From a virus (taxonomy: Duplodnaviria; Caudoviricetes), in IMG/VR virus record IMGVR_UViG_2593339273_000007, positions 1 through 64,000 of that record: a stretch of 64,000 nt of DNA. One strand, written 5' to 3'. The translations under genes were made by a program, and so were the position numbers. Positions 1 to 12,548 of the stretch are shown here, one piece after another. The notes under the pieces were generated by a model. It saw nothing but the letters and a program-made list of their open reading frames with translations, was not told where the DNA came from and did no database searches. Every line of letters starts with the position of its first letter. Position 1 is the stretch's first letter.

Positions 1-3000
1 TTATCTAACCTCCTCTTTACACTCTATCTTTCTGTCTGAATTTTCATTTTGCAGACCTCCTTTCTCCATCTTTTCTTTGAAGTATCCAAGCTTGTCCATT
101 ACGGATGCTTTTTCTCTTTTATCCAGATCTCCAAAACTTTGTACTTTGCTATCTCTAAAATCTGCATCGTACCTATCTGCTACTCCGTCCAAATCCATAT
201 CTTTTGAAAGCGGATCATAGAAATTACCATCGTCATCAATTTCAAGTCCAAGTGATGCTTTTAACTTTTCTTCATCCACATATACCAGCTCATTAAAATC
301 CCAAAAACCTATGTTCGTTTTGATTTGTATAAGTTCCTTCGTATCACTTGCATTAAGTGGATCGTAAGTATACTGAAAACTGTCAATTAAAGTATTGTCT
401 ACATAAGTGTTCATCTTGTAATTAATTAAATCAAGACTTGTCTGTATCTCATGCTTTTCATCCGGTGTAGTCGTATATGCCAAACCTATATCTGTCAAGT
501 CAGGAAACATTGTATCGAAATCTTCTATACTGTGTGCTTCATCATATTCTTTATTTAGAAAATGAATCAGTTCTTCTTTCACTTCTTCCAAAAGTGGATT
601 TTTCTCCTCTTTTAAATCTCCTTTTTGTCCCATATCAAGCAAATTATTTACCTCAGCAAGTCTTAACGTCTTTTCTTTTAAAAGCTCTGCCTGTGGAAAT
701 TTCTTTTTTATTTCAAGCTTCGCCGTTTCAAGTTGATTCTCGATATCTTTAAGTTTTCCAAGTGTCTGTTCCAATCTCTCAGGCATCCTATCAAGTACAT
801 TATCCATTCGGGTGATATTTCCGATTTCATCTGTTCCAAACTCCCCATAATGATTTTCTTCTCCATTCAGATTGAATTTATACTGATTGGAAAAGCTGTC
901 ATAATATGCGAACAAATCGAAATTTCTATATTCTCCGATTTTTACTTCCTCAGAACGAAAATCATCTAATTTTTTTATTCCCTTTATCCTGTTTATTAAG
1001 AACTCTCCGGCTTGCTTTTTATCGGTATATTTTTTCCCATTTAAAGTTAAAGATGTGAATTTTGATAGCGTTTCTTTATCTGCCATTCCCTCTGTTTCTT
1101 TTTCTTTATTATTTTCACCCATATTTTCCAAAGTAGTCTGATCATATTTTTCTAGTTTTTCCTCCCTATACGGTTCCACTTTTTCTATATCCTTTTTCAA
1201 ATTTTCTATTTTTTCTTTTAGACTTTCAATTTCTTTTGGATATACTTTTACAACCTTATCTTCCATTTTATATAGGTTGGATTTAAAATTGGACTCCAGC
1301 ATTTTAAGTTTACTTACCTCAACATCAAGGTCCATTTTCTCACGAATAAGCGGATTTCCTGTAGATAAAGCTTTAATCTCCGCATAATTTAATGTAGCTT
1401 CATCAATATCCTCCGCTACTCTTACAGGTGTCTTTGAATTCATTATTTGAGATATATAAGTTTGCTTGGTTTCAAGTGTTTGGAAAAGATACGCATCAAA
1501 GGTATTTTCCGTAATATAACGAAAGATATGAACATCATCATTTTCATTACCTTGCCTTACAATTCTTCCTTTCCGCTGCTCCAAATCAGCAGGTCTCCAG
1601 GGTACGTCGAGATCATGGGTAGCAATCAATTTATTTTGAGCATTTGTTCCTGCTCCCATTTTCTGAGTAGAACCGAGAAGCACACGAATTTCACCCTTTC
1701 GTACCTTATCGAAAATCTTATCTTTTTCTTTGTTATTCTTTGCGTTATGAATAAACTCTGTTTCATTTTTAGGAATCCCCATTTTTGTCAGCTTCTCCTT
1801 TATATCATCATAAATATTAAATTCACTTGATGGTGTTGACATATCACAAAAAACTAACTGTGTGGACTTCTCATCCCTATATTTATCCCAAATACTGAAT
1901 ATATTATTTACACAGGTATTTACTTTACTGTTCGGATCATCAGGAAGTAGTGGATTAATTAACCTTTGATCAAGTGCCATTTTCTTTCCGTCATTTGTAA
2001 TCAAAAGCATATTATCGACGGAGGAATCCACTTGTTTTCCTCTAACCTTATCTGCTCTCTCAGAAAAAGTTTCAAGAATTTGCTTTTGTTCTTCTGTCGG
2101 TTTGGTTTTTATCGTTTCATAATGAGCATTTGGAACGGGAAGATTTAATACATCAGCAGTCTTTATATCCATAAACTGCTTGACCATGTTCATCAGTTCC
2201 GGAAGGTTATAAAATTTTGCAAATCTTGTCTTACTTCGATATCCGTTCCCTTCAGGATTAAGTTCAATTGCTGTAACAGTTTCTCCAAATGTAGATGCCC
2301 AAGAGTCGAAATGTTGTAGGTGCATTTTTTTAAGTTCGTCATATTGGAGATAACGCTGCATGGTATAAAGCTCTGCCATAGAATTGCTCACAGGGGTTCC
2401 TGTCGCAAATACAATCCCCTTATTACCGGTAATTTCATCCATATATCTGCATTTCATTAACATATCACTTGATTTTTGAGAGTCTGTTGTGGTAATTCCT
2501 GCTACATTTCGCATTTTTGTAAATAGGTACAAATTTTTAAACGCCTGTACCTCATCTACAAATAGCTTATCGATCCCTAATTCTTCAAAGGTTACAACAT
2601 CATCTTTTTTATAATCATCATTTAATTTCTTTAGTTTTGCCTCCAAACCTTTCTTAGTCTTTTCCAATTGTTTTACGGTAAACTTCTGGTCTCTTTCCCT
2701 TTTATACTCACTGATAAAATCCACAATTTCATCAATCTGACTTTGCAGTTCATACTCCTGTCGTTCTTTGGAGATTGGAATTCTCTCGAATTGACTATGC
2801 CCTATAATTACCGCATCATAATCACCGGTTGCAATCCTTGAGCAAAATCTTTTTCTTTTATCCGGTGTAAAGTCTTTTTCTGTTGCACATAATACATTAG
2901 CTCCTGGATACAGTTCATTAAACTCTCTACCAAATTGCTCTACGATGTGGTTAGGAACAACAAACATCGACTTGTTACTCATTCCAAGTCTTTTAGACTC

Positions 3001-6000
3001 CATAGCAATTCCTATCATTTCAAAAGTCTTACCGGCACCGACTTCATGTGCAAGTAGAGTATTTCCTCCGAAAAGCCCCCTTGCAATCGCATCTCTTTGA
3101 TGAGGTCTAAGCTCTATTTCAGGATTCATTCCGTCAAAAGTTAAATTACTTCCATCATATTCTCTAAGCCTTGTTGAATTAAACCTTTCGTTATATTCTT
3201 TGACAAGCCTTGTTCTTCTGTCTATATCATCGAAAATCCAATTTTTAAATTCTTCTTTGATGATTTCCTGTTTGCTTCTTGCAAGCATAGTTTCTTTTTG
3301 GTTTAAGACAGAACTTTTCTTTCCGTTCTCATCAATAATTTGATCGTATACATTAGTATCTCTCAGGTTCAATGTATCTTCAATCAGTTTATAGGCATTT
3401 ACCTTGCTTGTTCCGTATGTGAAATTAGCAAGGTCATTTCCTTTATCTATACTTTTACCTTCTACTCTATATTCTCCTGTAAAGTTGGTATATTTGATAT
3501 CAATATTCCATCTGTTTGAAGCAGATGTCTTTAACAGATGAAACATAAAGCTCTTATAATCTTTCTCAGGTATCCAAGTTGCTCCCATTCTAACAGTTAT
3601 TTCACTTGCCTCAAGTTCTTTTGGCATTACTTCCAATAGTTTTTGTTTTTGATAATTAAGACTGGATAGTTCTTTTTTTAGAGTAGTATTATCCTGGTTC
3701 AATAGTTCTGTATCAGTATTTGAGGCTTGTTCATTTTGCTCAAGTTCATGTTCTACATTCTTGATATACGAATCTATTACTTCTATCTTTTCTCTAATAT
3801 TCCCGGATAAATATTCATCAGCAGTTACATAAGATCTTGAAAAGTCTCCCAAATCTACAGCTGAAGAAAAAGGAGTCGTATCACTTGGATCAAATCCATC
3901 TAAATTTAAAAATATTTCTCCCTTTAATCCTTCAATAATTTCTCCCCTCGTTTTTTCAGTGAGCTTTTCCATATAGTCAAAATTGACTTTCCCTTTTTGA
4001 GAAATAGATAGGATAAGTGCTTCTGTCAAATTATCTGTATGAGTGATTGCCACAGCTTTTTTTATGGTTCTTTTTGTAAAGATATCTGATTTACCTATAA
4101 AATTCCCTTCTTTATCCAGCTTTTCCAAAGTGGAAAGTAGAGAATAGTTCGCCTCTTCACGAAACAGTTTTTTATTCGCCTTACTGTTTAAAATTCCGTG
4201 TTTCTTGGAAAACTCATCATAAAGATAATTTAACTCCCCTTGCTTCTCCTTAATTTCCGTATCGGAATAATCTTCTTTTTGATAAGCAATTACCTGTCTT
4301 AATGCTTTTTCTATTCCAAGATATGCCCTTACTTTTTCCTCATCATTTTTATTTAAATCCAATTTTTGCATTACGGAATTTTCTCTAAAATATATCTTGT
4401 CATCAATTACTGCATAAGAATAATTTTTCACACTGTCATTAGCCGGAATGGTTTCCATTTCAAATTCACTGTTTAATTCTACCTTCTCATATCTCCCTTT
4501 AATGTTTTTAATGGCGTTATTTAGCTGTTCTTTCAGAGTACTATTTTCATCTGCAACACAGGCTAAGGTCGTTCCAAATTTGCTTGATACTTCCTCCATA
4601 TTCCCCAGTACCATATCTGGATTATCTATATAGTATTTGTTATATGTCAGTCCTCTTTCGTCAGTGCCAAGTTTTATCCATTCTTCATCAAGTTTTACCA
4701 GTCGATCTCTCTTTTTAAGAAAAATAATATCACTTGTTACTTCTGTTCCCGCTTCGCCTTTAAAAGTGTTATTAGGAAGCCTTATTGCACCTAAAAACTC
4801 CGCTCTTTCCGAAATATATCTTCTGATATCTTCACTTTTTTTATCTAATGTTCCACTTGAGGTTATAAAGGCTACTACTCCACCGGAGCGTACTTTGTCT
4901 AAAGTTTTGGCGAAAAAATAATCGTGAATAAGAAAATTATTTTTCTCATACTCACGATCGGCTATTTTATATTCTCCAAAAGGTACATTTCCTATTGCTA
5001 TATCGAATAAATTGTTTGAAAAAGTTGTTTCTTCAAAGCCTTTTATCTGTATGTTAGCATTAGGATACATCTTACTTGCTATCCTACCACTAATACTGTC
5101 AAGTTCCACACCATAAAATTTGCTACTTTGCATACTCTCCGGAAGATTTCCTATAAATCTGCCTGTTCCAATACTGGGTTCTAAAATATTCCCACTTTCA
5201 AATCCCATATGAGATAAGGCTTGATAGATACTGTCAATCACTATCTTTGGTGTATAAAAAGCAGTAAGAGTGCTTTCTCTTGCTGCATCATACTCAGATG
5301 GTGATAAGTTTTCTTTTAAGAATTCTCTTGCATCTTTCCATTGTCCCTGTTTTTCTTCATCAAACACATCAGAAAGTCCTCCCCAGCCTACATACCTACT
5401 TAGTATATCCTGTTCTTCCTTTGTTGCATGACTATGTCGTTCTTCTATTTTCTTTAAAACCTTGATTGCTTCCATATTATTTTTCAATCTTTCTGAAGGT
5501 GGCAAAATCTCATCTTCTCTTGTTATTTTGTAATTTACCGGAGGAATGCTTCCCATATATTCATCATCAGGGGCATATCTTTCTTCCCTATTCTCTTTCC
5601 AAGAAACATAACTTTCTAATTTCTTATCAATGGTTTCTTGTCTATGCTTCGTAATTTTTAGATTATTTCCATCTCCGTCAATTTTCCCAAGTCCGTTTAG
5701 ATAATCAAAAGAAAGTTTAAATTCTCTATGGTTATTCGGATTTCGTTCACTATATACTGTAAATTCCCTATTTTGATTATCCACATTTACAATAAACTGA
5801 TTGGCAACCACAGCCCCTTTATCATTTATTACATCTAAACTATGGTGTAAAAGTTCCGACTTATCTTCTCCTAAGTTAAGGTTGGTGTCAATAACAATGA
5901 GTTTTTCATTTAGCTCTTTTCTATCAGAGAAACTTACAATCGGAATTTGATGGTTATTCTTTGATGCAGGATTTAACCATATATCATTTTTTTCTAAAAT

Positions 6001-9000
6001 ATCATTATATTGAAAAGCACTGACTGTATATTCTTCTCCCTGATAGATTACTTTTGCCCCTATATTGACAGGTACACGTTCTTTCTCGCTTGAAATTTCT
6101 TCTTTTTCCTTTAAGTTATCCTTTTCTTTTAAAATATCCATTAAAGACATTTGCTTTGTTTCAATGCTTTCTTCACTTTTTTTCTCATCCAGCTTAAACT
6201 GTTCAAGATCTTCTTTTTTTGCATAAAGATTTGCGACCGGTCTTTGAGGTGTATATGAAATTTCCGTCAGCAGTTTTTCTGTATTTGAGACAAGTTGAAT
6301 CCTACTCATTCCAAACGGATTAAAATTATTTCCTGTAATTTCATACTCTTTATTTTGAAAGAGAACGGAAAGTCCTTTTTTGTTATAATCTTCAATATCT
6401 AACAAAATAAGATCTTCCTCATTGATACTTTGTTCTTGTAGTTTCTCTGTTATAGATACAATCTCCAAATCAAGTTCTCTTTCATTCCGAAAAGGAATAA
6501 TTTCACTGCCCGTTATAAAGCCGTTTAAATAACCCTCCGGATCATCTAACTTTATTGTTTTATATGTTCTATAGTCCTGAATTTCTGAAATGATATATTC
6601 TTTGCCTTGATATCTTACATTCATTCCCTCTTGATATACAGGCTCTTTTTTTTCTTCCTGTGCTTTTGCCTTTTCAATCTGTTCGTTGACATAGCCGGTA
6701 AGCATAATATTTCTATGATTATCATCAAGCAGATAAGGAAGATTTTTAAGCATTTCTTTATAACTGTCATAGGAAACTGCTAGATTGGAAGTTAATATAT
6801 ATCCGTTATATCTTAAATGTTGCCTTAACTCCTTATTTTTCATATCCAAAATAAGCTCCGCCTCATAGCCTTCTTTTCCATAAATCTTGTCTGTTATATG
6901 TTCCGGTGCTTTTAATTTCTCTTCAGATATACTGATTTCATCTAAGATAAATTCTTCGCTTTGTGGATGAAACTGATATTCGCCGACCTCCTTTACATCT
7001 TTAAAAATAAGAGTTGATAAGACTTCTTTCTTATCTCTAATTTCAAGCACCTTTGCTTTTTCTTCTTCCGGTAGATTTACATTAAAATGTATTTCATTTT
7101 CTCTATTGATATATGCAATGTTTTGATTAGCACCATCTATTTTTAAATTTCTGTTATATACATAAATGTCATTATAGTAATCAGGAAACTGTTCATTAAA
7201 ACTTGCCACTTCAAAATCGTATCCTGCTTTTTCTTCCGTTACCCTATCTGATGAAATTTCATAAAGTCCTTGATTTTCAAGATAAAAAACATCATTTAAA
7301 TCGGTCAAATTAACCTCTTTCATACCTATTGCAATCTCATCGAAAAGTTTATCTATTTTTGTACTTTCTTCAAAGGTGCTTCCACGATACAAGGGATAAA
7401 TTTTGCCCTCAAAGTTATTTTCTTTCGGATAAATACGAACTCCAGTTTCTTCTAAGGATATATCCTTTACTCTATCTTTTTCTACAACAGCATAGTAATT
7501 CCCAACCTTAACGGCAATTTTATCTTCATTCGGTATCTCAGCTATATTATCTTCTAACACTACCTTTTCTGCCTTTATTTTCTCCAAAAAATAATCAATA
7601 TTGCTTGAATACAGTAAACTGTCCGCATTGTTATAGACTACCCTATATTTTCCATCATTATTTTTGAAAAAAGTCAGTCGAATTAAGTCCGAAATATTTT
7701 CATCATCTTCAAAAGGATTATATTCATCAAGCCTTAAACCATCGGCATATACAAAGTTTCTAAAATATGGAAATAACTTTATATAATCATCTTTGCTCGA
7801 TACCACTGTCATAGATTCTTTTTCTAAAATATCTTTTATGACACTATCTATACTATCTATACCGTATTCTTTATTTTCTTTTTCCTGTTCAATTTGCTCA
7901 TAAAGATACTGAAAATCTCTTTGGTTTACCTCATTTCCATCCCCGATATCCATTCTGAAGTGTTCTTCTACTTTACCATCTATAATATGATCAAAATAGA
8001 ATTTAGAATAACCTACCCACTCGTCAGTCATTTCTCCATATTCATCTTCACCTACCGTTTTGTTATGAACTCTGATTTTTTCGTCAAGCTCTTTAATTTC
8101 ATCAAGTAATTCTTTTGTAACAAGTTCTCCGGCATAATTTTTTTCTATAAGACTCAAGCCTTCATTAAATTCTACAATCCAATAATCCTTGTTATTTTGG
8201 TTTAACGATATGTTGTTCTCTACACCCGTTGCAAAAGCATTATGTTCTATTTCTGCTTGCCTTTCATAGATTTGCTCAGCTTCCTCATAAGATACTTCTC
8301 TTTCATCTTGAATCATCAGGATTTCCTGTTCTCTGTGCAAATCTTGTTTATCTTCTTTAAAGTTTTGTTCCGTATAGGTATCTTCATCGAATAGCTCTTC
8401 CTCAATTTTTGTGTTTTCTTGCTCTTTATACAAATCTTCCTGAATATATTTACCGTTTTCAATAAGATTCTCTATTCTTTTAGCCGCCTGATTCCAGTTT
8501 AGAAAAATATCATTGCAATTTTCCTTTTCAAGCTTAATTCCTTTGGCATCGTGCCACTCATTACTTTCTCTTGCTCCTGACAAAGCATGAGTCTGTCCTC
8601 CTGTTCCGTACTCGTCTTTTAAAAAATTTGCTCGTTCTTCGGTAGTATGGGCTTCCCTAAAAAAGTTATATATTCTTTCTTTTCCGCCGGATACATTGCT
8701 ACCGCTGCTTAAATATCTATCAATTTCATCTTCTGTGATAAATCCCTGTATTGCTGGTAATTCTATAAGTGTTGAGGTAAATTCTTTTCTTGACAGTTCC
8801 AAATCATCTAATCGTTTTGATATATCATCTAAATCATGATTATGAAATCTTAAAACATTTGAGTTCTCCTTATACGCCTTAAAAAACTCTATATACTCCT
8901 CTTTTAAGTTCACTCTAAACTCTTTATCTTCCAATTTTTTTGTAAGATACTCTGTTTTTTCAGGATATCCGTTTCTTTGTTTTTCATTTAGAATTGGTAA

Positions 9001-11826
9001 AAACTGATTTTTTACCTCATCACTTAGATCTCCTTTTAAAAACCACAGCTTTTCAGAAAGTTCTGCTCTTTCAAAAGAAAAGGCTTCTGCTACCTCCACA
9101 TTTGTACTGTATTTTCCATAATCAATCAATTCTCCCATGCGTATTGCTGCATCTTTCCATGGTAAAATCTGCATAGGATTTTCTCTTGAGGAAACATCAT
9201 TGGATAAATGTATTCCGTCCTTTCCATACCAAGCACAAACCTTATTTCCATTCAGCTCATATCCGTTTCCACCTTGAAATGTTTTTTGAAGAAAATCAGC
9301 CAATTCTTCCGCACTCTTACCTTTGGAATATTCTGCAAGAACTTTTAAGCGTAAATTATCCTCATTTCCTCCATGAATTAAAACAGCATCAATTTCTTCT
9401 TGCTGCATTGGTAATTCAAATCTTCCCTGAATTCCTACGTTTTGAGCAAAAGAAAAAGAAGCCTTATCGACTTCTTTAGGATTATCTTCTATATGTTCTT
9501 GTTCTAATTTCTGTGTATTTTCTTTAAAATCCTCACCTATGCCCAAACGATCTGTTCCATCGCCATTCTTGTAAGTGTCATGTCCAGATTCTTCTTCAGT
9601 CCTGCGTACTTCAGAAAATCCTGATCCTGCAACTCTTGTGTCATCTCCCAAGCTTCTTTCATTCTCAGCTCCTCTATATTTAGGAAATTCTCCACCTGTT
9701 CCTGAATGTCCAACAGATGATCCATTAAGCTTTCTTCCATCAGCATAATCTGATATTCTTCCCCTTTTTCCTCTTTGAGATATTTCAGTCTCGCTTTGCC
9801 AAATCTGTTCAGTTTGCTTAAGTTCAGTTTCTCCGGCAGTTTCATATTCGGAATTAACACTTCCGATCCATCCTCCATCTTCTCCAGTCTGTAAGTCCCT
9901 TCCTGTCTCTCGAATGGACTCTCTTTTATGATCGGTGTATATCTCTCGCCCTCCAGAGTGTATTCCTTCTTCGCCAATACTACGGTTTCTTTCATCTTCT
10001 AAGCCTCCTTCTTTTATTTCTTTTTCTATACTTTCGGTACTTCCGTTAATTTCATCTGTAAGATTATTATAACGCTCCTTAAAGCTGTTTGTCTGCTCCC
10101 TTTTTTGAATTTCCGAGATTTTTTCTCTTTCTTCCACTTTTGAAATTTCTCTGCCTATATCCATAAGTATTCTTTTCACATTGTTTGAAGTATAGGCAAG
10201 CAATCTGTCAATGTCTTGCATACTTGAAACTTTTGAGAGCAGTTCTAATTTTTCCCTATCTCCTGAAAGACGAAGTCCCATTCTCTCATATACCGAAACC
10301 TTTGCAGATTCTTCCAAAAAGTGAAGAATCTTAACTTTACTGTTTTCTTTTAAAGTTTCATCACTTAAAGAATCCAGTACTTTATTGAATATCTGCCTTA
10401 TATATAGCGAAACAAGTGTATTGATCTTATCTTCGGTAGAAAATATAAGGTTACTGTTTTTTTCTTTAAAAGTATCAATCAGGGTATCTAAGGCAGTTAT
10501 ATGCTTTTCATTATGATACTTCCATAATTTCACTTCAGAAATATTATGATTTAAACTTACTGTCTGACTTACATCAAAAATATATTTTATCCTTTCCCTT
10601 TCAATATCTAAAACGGGAATCCCCTTTTCTCCCCTACTTACATTTCTTCCGATACTCTTCCAATAGTCATATTCCGCACAGGCTGTTGCCTTTTCATTTA
10701 CTGTATATATGCTAAGTTGATTAAAATACGGATATTTATAGTTGTTTCCCACTACCTTAAGATAGGTTTCATACCTATCTATATCTTTTTTAAATTCTTC
10801 TTTTGCAAAATCAAGAATTTGTTTGACTTCATCAAATTCATATCTTGGCACTGTATCTCCCTCCTTTTTTCTTTTATTTTCATGTCTTTTTTCTTCTGCT
10901 TTATCCTTTAACAGTTCCTCTTTTCTCCAATCGTAAAATTGATTGATAGAGCTTATCGCCTTATCTGCAATATAGTGGATATAGTCGGTATTGCCTCGTC
11001 TTTTATACCATTTTTCTCTTTTCAGTCCGCTATTTTCCATAAGAGATATGGCTTTTTGTGTATCGGAGGTATAATAAATTAGTCTCCCAAGCATAAAAAA
11101 ATCAGCCTCTGATCTACTGTTAAAATATCTTTCATAATTCCCATAATATATCCTTCTTAGATCTTCTCCAGTATATGAAAAATATCCTCTGTCAAATAGC
11201 TTTTCTACTATATCCTGATCATCTTTTAAAAAAGTAGTAATCTGATTTCTTTTATTTTCATTGTTAATTACGTCTATCTTGGGCATATATTTTTCATATA
11301 AGGGTTTTAACTCACTGTCAATATTTACTACTTTGTTTCTGTCTCTGTCTTTTATGATATTACCGGTAACTGTAAAAAATCTATCCTTATCATAGATTTC
11401 AAGATTTTTGTATCTTTTTCTTATTCCCGGTACCTCTCCAATCCCTATAAAATGGAGTCCCGTTTTTGATGGAGATATTTCGGCATAGGTGGAAATTCCT
11501 CTTAAAAAATCGGCTGTCATAGACTTTGCATGATAATCCATACTATATACAAAAATATCATCACTTACCTTATCGATATCTATTCCGATATATCCGTCTC
11601 CTAAGAAAAAGCCAAGACCGTCACCAATATTTCGATTAAGTGCTGCTATGCAATCTTCATAAGAATTCCATGTTATTTTATCATTGGATTTGGCAGGTTT
11701 TCCGTTTGGCATTAAGGGTAATTTGGTGTTCTTCCCGTCTCTTTGAATGATTTTATATAGACACCAGCGTTTCTCTTTTTTAAGATTATCAGGAATGTTT
11801 TCATAATTTTTTATGAGGTCATTCAT
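1..11826 (-). CDS. Giant polyvalent protein: AEP primase-polymerase + ArdC-like ssDNA-binding domain + N6-adenine methylase + SNF2-family helicase (DarB-like)
   Basis: GIDID and [10 protein letters not shown] prim-pol motifs; NQLSIY...[18 protein letters not shown]...FDVSQT (ArdC-N); LEPSIGTG and GNVPF (methylase); [18 protein letters not shown] and [11 protein letters not shown] (SF2 helicase). Confidence 0.9.
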   Translation of the reverse strand: MNDLIKNYENIPDNLKKEKRWCLYKIIQRDGKNTKLPLMPNGKPAKSNDKITWNSYEDCIAALNRNIGDGLGFFLGDGYIGIDIDKVSDDIFVYSMDYHAKSMTADFLRGISTYAEISPSKTGLHFIGIGEVPGIRKRYKNLEIYDKDRFFTVTGNIIKDRDRNKVVNIDSELKPLYEKYMPKIDVINNENKRNQITTFLKDDQDIVEKLFDRGYFSYTGEDLRRIYYGNYERYFNSRSEADFFMLGRLIYYTSDTQKAISLMENSGLKREKWYKRRGNTDYIHYIADKAISSINQFYDWRKEELLKDKAEEKRHENKRKKEGDTVPRYEFDEVKQILDFAKEEFKKDIDRYETYLKVVGNNYKYPYFNQLSIYTVNEKATACAEYDYWKSIGRNVSRGEKGIPVLDIERERIKYIFDVSQTVSLNHNISEVKLWKYHNEKHITALDTLIDTFKEKNSNLIFSTEDKINTLVSLYIRQIFNKVLDSLSDETLKENSKVKILHFLEESAKVSVYERMGLRLSGDREKLELLSKVSSMQDIDRLLAYTSNNVKRILMDIGREISKVEEREKISEIQKREQTNSFKERYNNLTDEINGSTESIEKEIKEGGLEDERNRSIGEEGIHSGGREIYTDHKRESIRETGRDLQTGEDGGWIGSVNSEYETAGETELKQTEQIWQSETEISQRGKRGRISDYADGRKLNGSSVGHSGTGGEFPKYRGAENERSLGDDTRVAGSGFSEVRRTEEESGHDTYKNGDGTDRLGIGEDFKENTQKLEQEHIEDNPKEVDKASFSFAQNVGIQGRFELPMQQEEIDAVLIHGGNEDNLRLKVLAEYSKGKSAEELADFLQKTFQGGNGYELNGNKVCAWYGKDGIHLSNDVSSRENPMQILPWKDAAIRMGELIDYGKYSTNVEVAEAFSFERAELSEKLWFLKGDLSDEVKNQFLPILNEKQRNGYPEKTEYLTKKLEDKEFRVNLKEEYIEFFKAYKENSNVLRFHNHDLDDISKRLDDLELSRKEFTSTLIELPAIQGFITEDEIDRYLSSGSNVSGGKERIYNFFREAHTTEERANFLKDEYGTGGQTHALSGARESNEWHDAKGIKLEKENCNDIFLNWNQAAKRIENLIENGKYIQEDLYKEQENTKIEEELFDEDTYTEQNFKEDKQDLHREQEILMIQDEREVSYEEAEQIYERQAEIEHNAFATGVENNISLNQNNKDYWIVEFNEGLSLIEKNYAGELVTKELLDEIKELDEKIRVHNKTVGEDEYGEMTDEWVGYSKFYFDHIIDGKVEEHFRMDIGDGNEVNQRDFQYLYEQIEQEKENKEYGIDSIDSVIKDILEKESMTVVSSKDDYIKLFPYFRNFVYADGLRLDEYNPFEDDENISDLIRLTFFKNNDGKYRVVYNNADSLLYSSNIDYFLEKIKAEKVVLEDNIAEIPNEDKIAVKVGNYYAVVEKDRVKDISLEETGVRIYPKENNFEGKIYPLYRGSTFEESTKIDKLFDEIAIGMKEVNLTDLNDVFYLENQGLYEISSDRVTEEKAGYDFEVASFNEQFPDYYNDIYVYNRNLKIDGANQNIAYINRENEIHFNVNLPEEEKAKVLEIRDKKEVLSTLIFKDVKEVGEYQFHPQSEEFILDEISISEEKLKAPEHITDKIYGKEGYEAELILDMKNKELRQHLRYNGYILTSNLAVSYDSYKEMLKNLPYLLDDNHRNIMLTGYVNEQIEKAKAQEEKKEPVYQEGMNVRYQGKEYIISEIQDYRTYKTIKLDDPEGYLNGFITGSEIIPFRNERELDLEIVSITEKLQEQSINEEDLILLDIEDYNKKGLSVLFQNKEYEITGNNFNPFGMSRIQLVSNTEKLLTEISYTPQRPVANLYAKKEDLEQFKLDEKKSEESIETKQMSLMDILKEKDNLKEKEEISSEKERVPVNIGAKVIYQGEEYTVSAFQYNDILEKNDIWLNPASKNNHQIPIVSFSDRKELNEKLIVIDTNLNLGEDKSELLHHSLDVINDKGAVVANQFIVNVDNQNREFTVYSERNPNNHREFKLSFDYLNGLGKIDGDGNNLKITKHRQETIDKKLESYVSWKENREERYAPDDEYMGSIPPVNYKITREDEILPPSERLKNNMEAIKVLKKIEERHSHATKEEQDILSRYVGWGGLSDVFDEEKQGQWKDAREFLKENLSPSEYDAARESTLTAFYTPKIVIDSIYQALSHMGFESGNILEPSIGTGRFIGNLPESMQSSKFYGVELDSISGRIASKMYPNANIQIKGFEETTFSNNLFDIAIGNVPFGEYKIADREYEKNNFLIHDYFFAKTLDKVRSGGVVAFITSSGTLDKKSEDIRRYISERAEFLGAIRLPNNTFKGEAGTEVTSDIIFLKKRDRLVKLDEEWIKLGTDERGLTYNKYYIDNPDMVLGNMEEVSSKFGTTLACVADENSTLKEQLNNAIKNIKGRYEKVELNSEFEMETIPANDSVKNYSYAVIDDKIYFRENSVMQKLDLNKNDEEKVRAYLGIEKALRQVIAYQKEDYSDTEIKEKQGELNYLYDEFSKKHGILNSKANKKLFREEANYSLLSTLEKLDKEGNFIGKSDIFTKRTIKKAVAITHTDNLTEALILSISQKGKVNFDYMEKLTEKTRGEIIEGLKGEIFLNLDGFDPSDTTPFSSAVDLGDFSRSYVTADEYLSGNIREKIEVIDSYIKNVEHELEQNEQASNTDTELLNQDNTTLKKELSSLNYQKQKLLEVMPKELEASEITVRMGATWIPEKDYKSFMFHLLKTSASNRWNIDIKYTNFTGEYRVEGKSIDKGNDLANFTYGTSKVNAYKLIEDTLNLRDTNVYDQIIDENGKKSSVLNQKETMLARSKQEIIKEEFKNWIFDDIDRRTRLVKEYNERFNSTRLREYDGSNLTFDGMNPEIELRPHQRDAIARGLFGGNTLLAHEVGAGKTFEMIGIAMESKRLGMSNKSMFVVPNHIVEQFGREFNELYPGANVLCATEKDFTPDKRKRFCSRIATGDYDAVIIGHSQFERIPISKERQEYELQSQIDEIVDFISEYKRERDQKFTVKQLEKTKKGLEAKLKKLNDDYKKDDVVTFEELGIDKLFVDEVQAFKNLYLFTKMRNVAGITTTDSQKSSDMLMKCRYMDEITGNKGIVFATGTPVSNSMAELYTMQRYLQYDELKKMHLQHFDSWASTFGETVTAIELNPEGNGYRSKTRFAKFYNLPELMNMVKQFMDIKTADVLNLPVPNAHYETIKTKPTEEQKQILETFSERADKVRGKQVDSSVDNMLLITNDGKKMALDQRLINPLLPDDPNSKVNTCVNNIFSIWDKYRDEKSTQLVFCDMSTPSSEFNIYDDIKEKLTKMGIPKNETEFIHNAKNNKEKDKIFDKVRKGEIRVLLGSTQKMGAGTNAQNKLIATHDLDVPWRPADLEQRKGRIVRQGNENDDVHIFRYITENTFDAYLFQTLETKQTYISQIMNSKTPVRVAEDIDEATLNYAEIKALSTGNPLIREKMDLDVEVSKLKMLESNFKSNLYKMEDKVVKVYPKEIESLKEKIENLKKDIEKVEPYREEKLEKYDQTTLENMGENNKEKETEGMADKETLSKFTSLTLNGKKYTDKKQAGEFLINRIKGIKKLDDFRSEEVKIGEYRNFDLFAYYDSFSNQYKFNLNGEENHYGEFGTDEIGNITRMDNVLDRMPERLEQTLGKLKDIENQLETAKLEIKKKFPQAELLKEKTLRLAEVNNLLDMGQKGDLKEEKNPLLEEVKEELIHFLNKEYDEAHSIEDFDTMFPDLTDIGLAYTTTPDEKHEIQTSLDLINYKMNTYVDNTLIDSFQYTYDPLNASDTKELIQIKTNIGFWDFNELVYVDEEKLKASLGLEIDDDGNFYDPLSKDMDLDGVADRYDADFRDSKVQSFGDLDKREKASVMDKLGYFKEKMEKGGLQNENSDRKIECKEEVR
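9537..9995 (-). CDS. tnpV: TnpV-family protein nested in the +1 frame of the giant gene
   Basis: PNMKLPE...[12 protein letters not shown]...[11 protein letters not shown]...[12 protein letters not shown]...MEQIVW fits the TnpV pattern; AAGGAGG RBS 8 nt before the ATG. Confidence 0.8.
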   Translation of the reverse strand: MKETVVLAKKEYTLEGERYTPIIKESPFERQEGTYRLEKMEDGSEVLIPNMKLPEKLNLSKLNRFGKARLKYLKEEKGEEYQIMLMEESLMDHLLDIQEQVENFLNIEELRMKEAWEMTQELQDQDFLKYAGLKKNLDMTLTRMAMEQIVWA

Positions 11827-11840
11827 AGCTGCTACCTCTA

Positions 11841-11951
11841 CTATATTTCCACTCCCTTATCTTTTTTAGGTACTTTTGCATCCCTTACTTTTTCTTCCTT
11901 CTTGATTTTTTGTTGATTTTCCTGTGATTGTAATACTTCGTTCTTATCCAT
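11841..11951 (-). CDS. Small charged hypothetical protein (36 aa, MDKNEVLQ...DKGVEI)
   Basis: AGGAGG RBS before the ATG; fills the gap between the methylase and the giant gene; below the ORF-track cutoff. Confidence 0.5.
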   Translation of the reverse strand: MDKNEVLQSQENQQKIKKEEKVRDAKVPKKDKGVEI

Positions 11952-11993
11952 ACTTATCCTCCTTCGTTTTTTCAATTGTTTTATTCCATCCTT

Positions 11994-12545
11994 TTATCGA
12001 ATCCACCTTAACTCCGTAATACCTTTGTATCCCACCTCCCATATAAACCATGCAAAGGCAATGGCACTGCTTTTGTATTTCTCAAATTCTCCGTTTTTGG
12101 CACAATTTAATCTTTTGGAAAATACATATACTCTTTTTGGTGGATACTTTCTAAATAACTCATATCTTGATTGACCCTCTAAAAATGCCAATCGAAAGAG
12201 CATTGCTATTTTTACGCCCTCTCCTGATATTTCAAGTGCGTGTCGTAAAAACTCACTTGCACAAAAATATGGCGGATTGGTTACTATATCCATTTTATTT
12301 TCTTTAAGTGCAAAAAAATCAACTTCTCTTTCTTCTCCATATCCCCTATAACAAATATCTGTCGCTTTTACCGTATATCCGTATTCTTCTAAAATTTTTC
12401 CGATATGTCCCATCCCGCAAGCCGGCTCATAGACTAAAGATTTAAACTGTTCTCTTTTTAAAAGTTCATAGGTTGCCCTTTTATCGGTAGCATAAAAATC
12501 CAATTTTTCTCTGTTTTTACTGAATTTTATTAGCGTATCAAACAT
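11994..12545 (-). CDS. Small orphan N6-adenine DNA methyltransferase
   Basis: YEPACGMG SAM-binding motif and NPPY catalytic motif. Confidence 0.85.
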   Translation of the reverse strand: MFDTLIKFSKNREKLDFYATDKRATYELLKREQFKSLVYEPACGMGHIGKILEEYGYTVKATDICYRGYGEEREVDFFALKENKMDIVTNPPYFCASEFLRHALEISGEGVKIAMLFRLAFLEGQSRYELFRKYPPKRVYVFSKRLNCAKNGEFEKYKSSAIAFAWFIWEVGYKGITELRWIR

Positions 12546-12548
12546 AGG

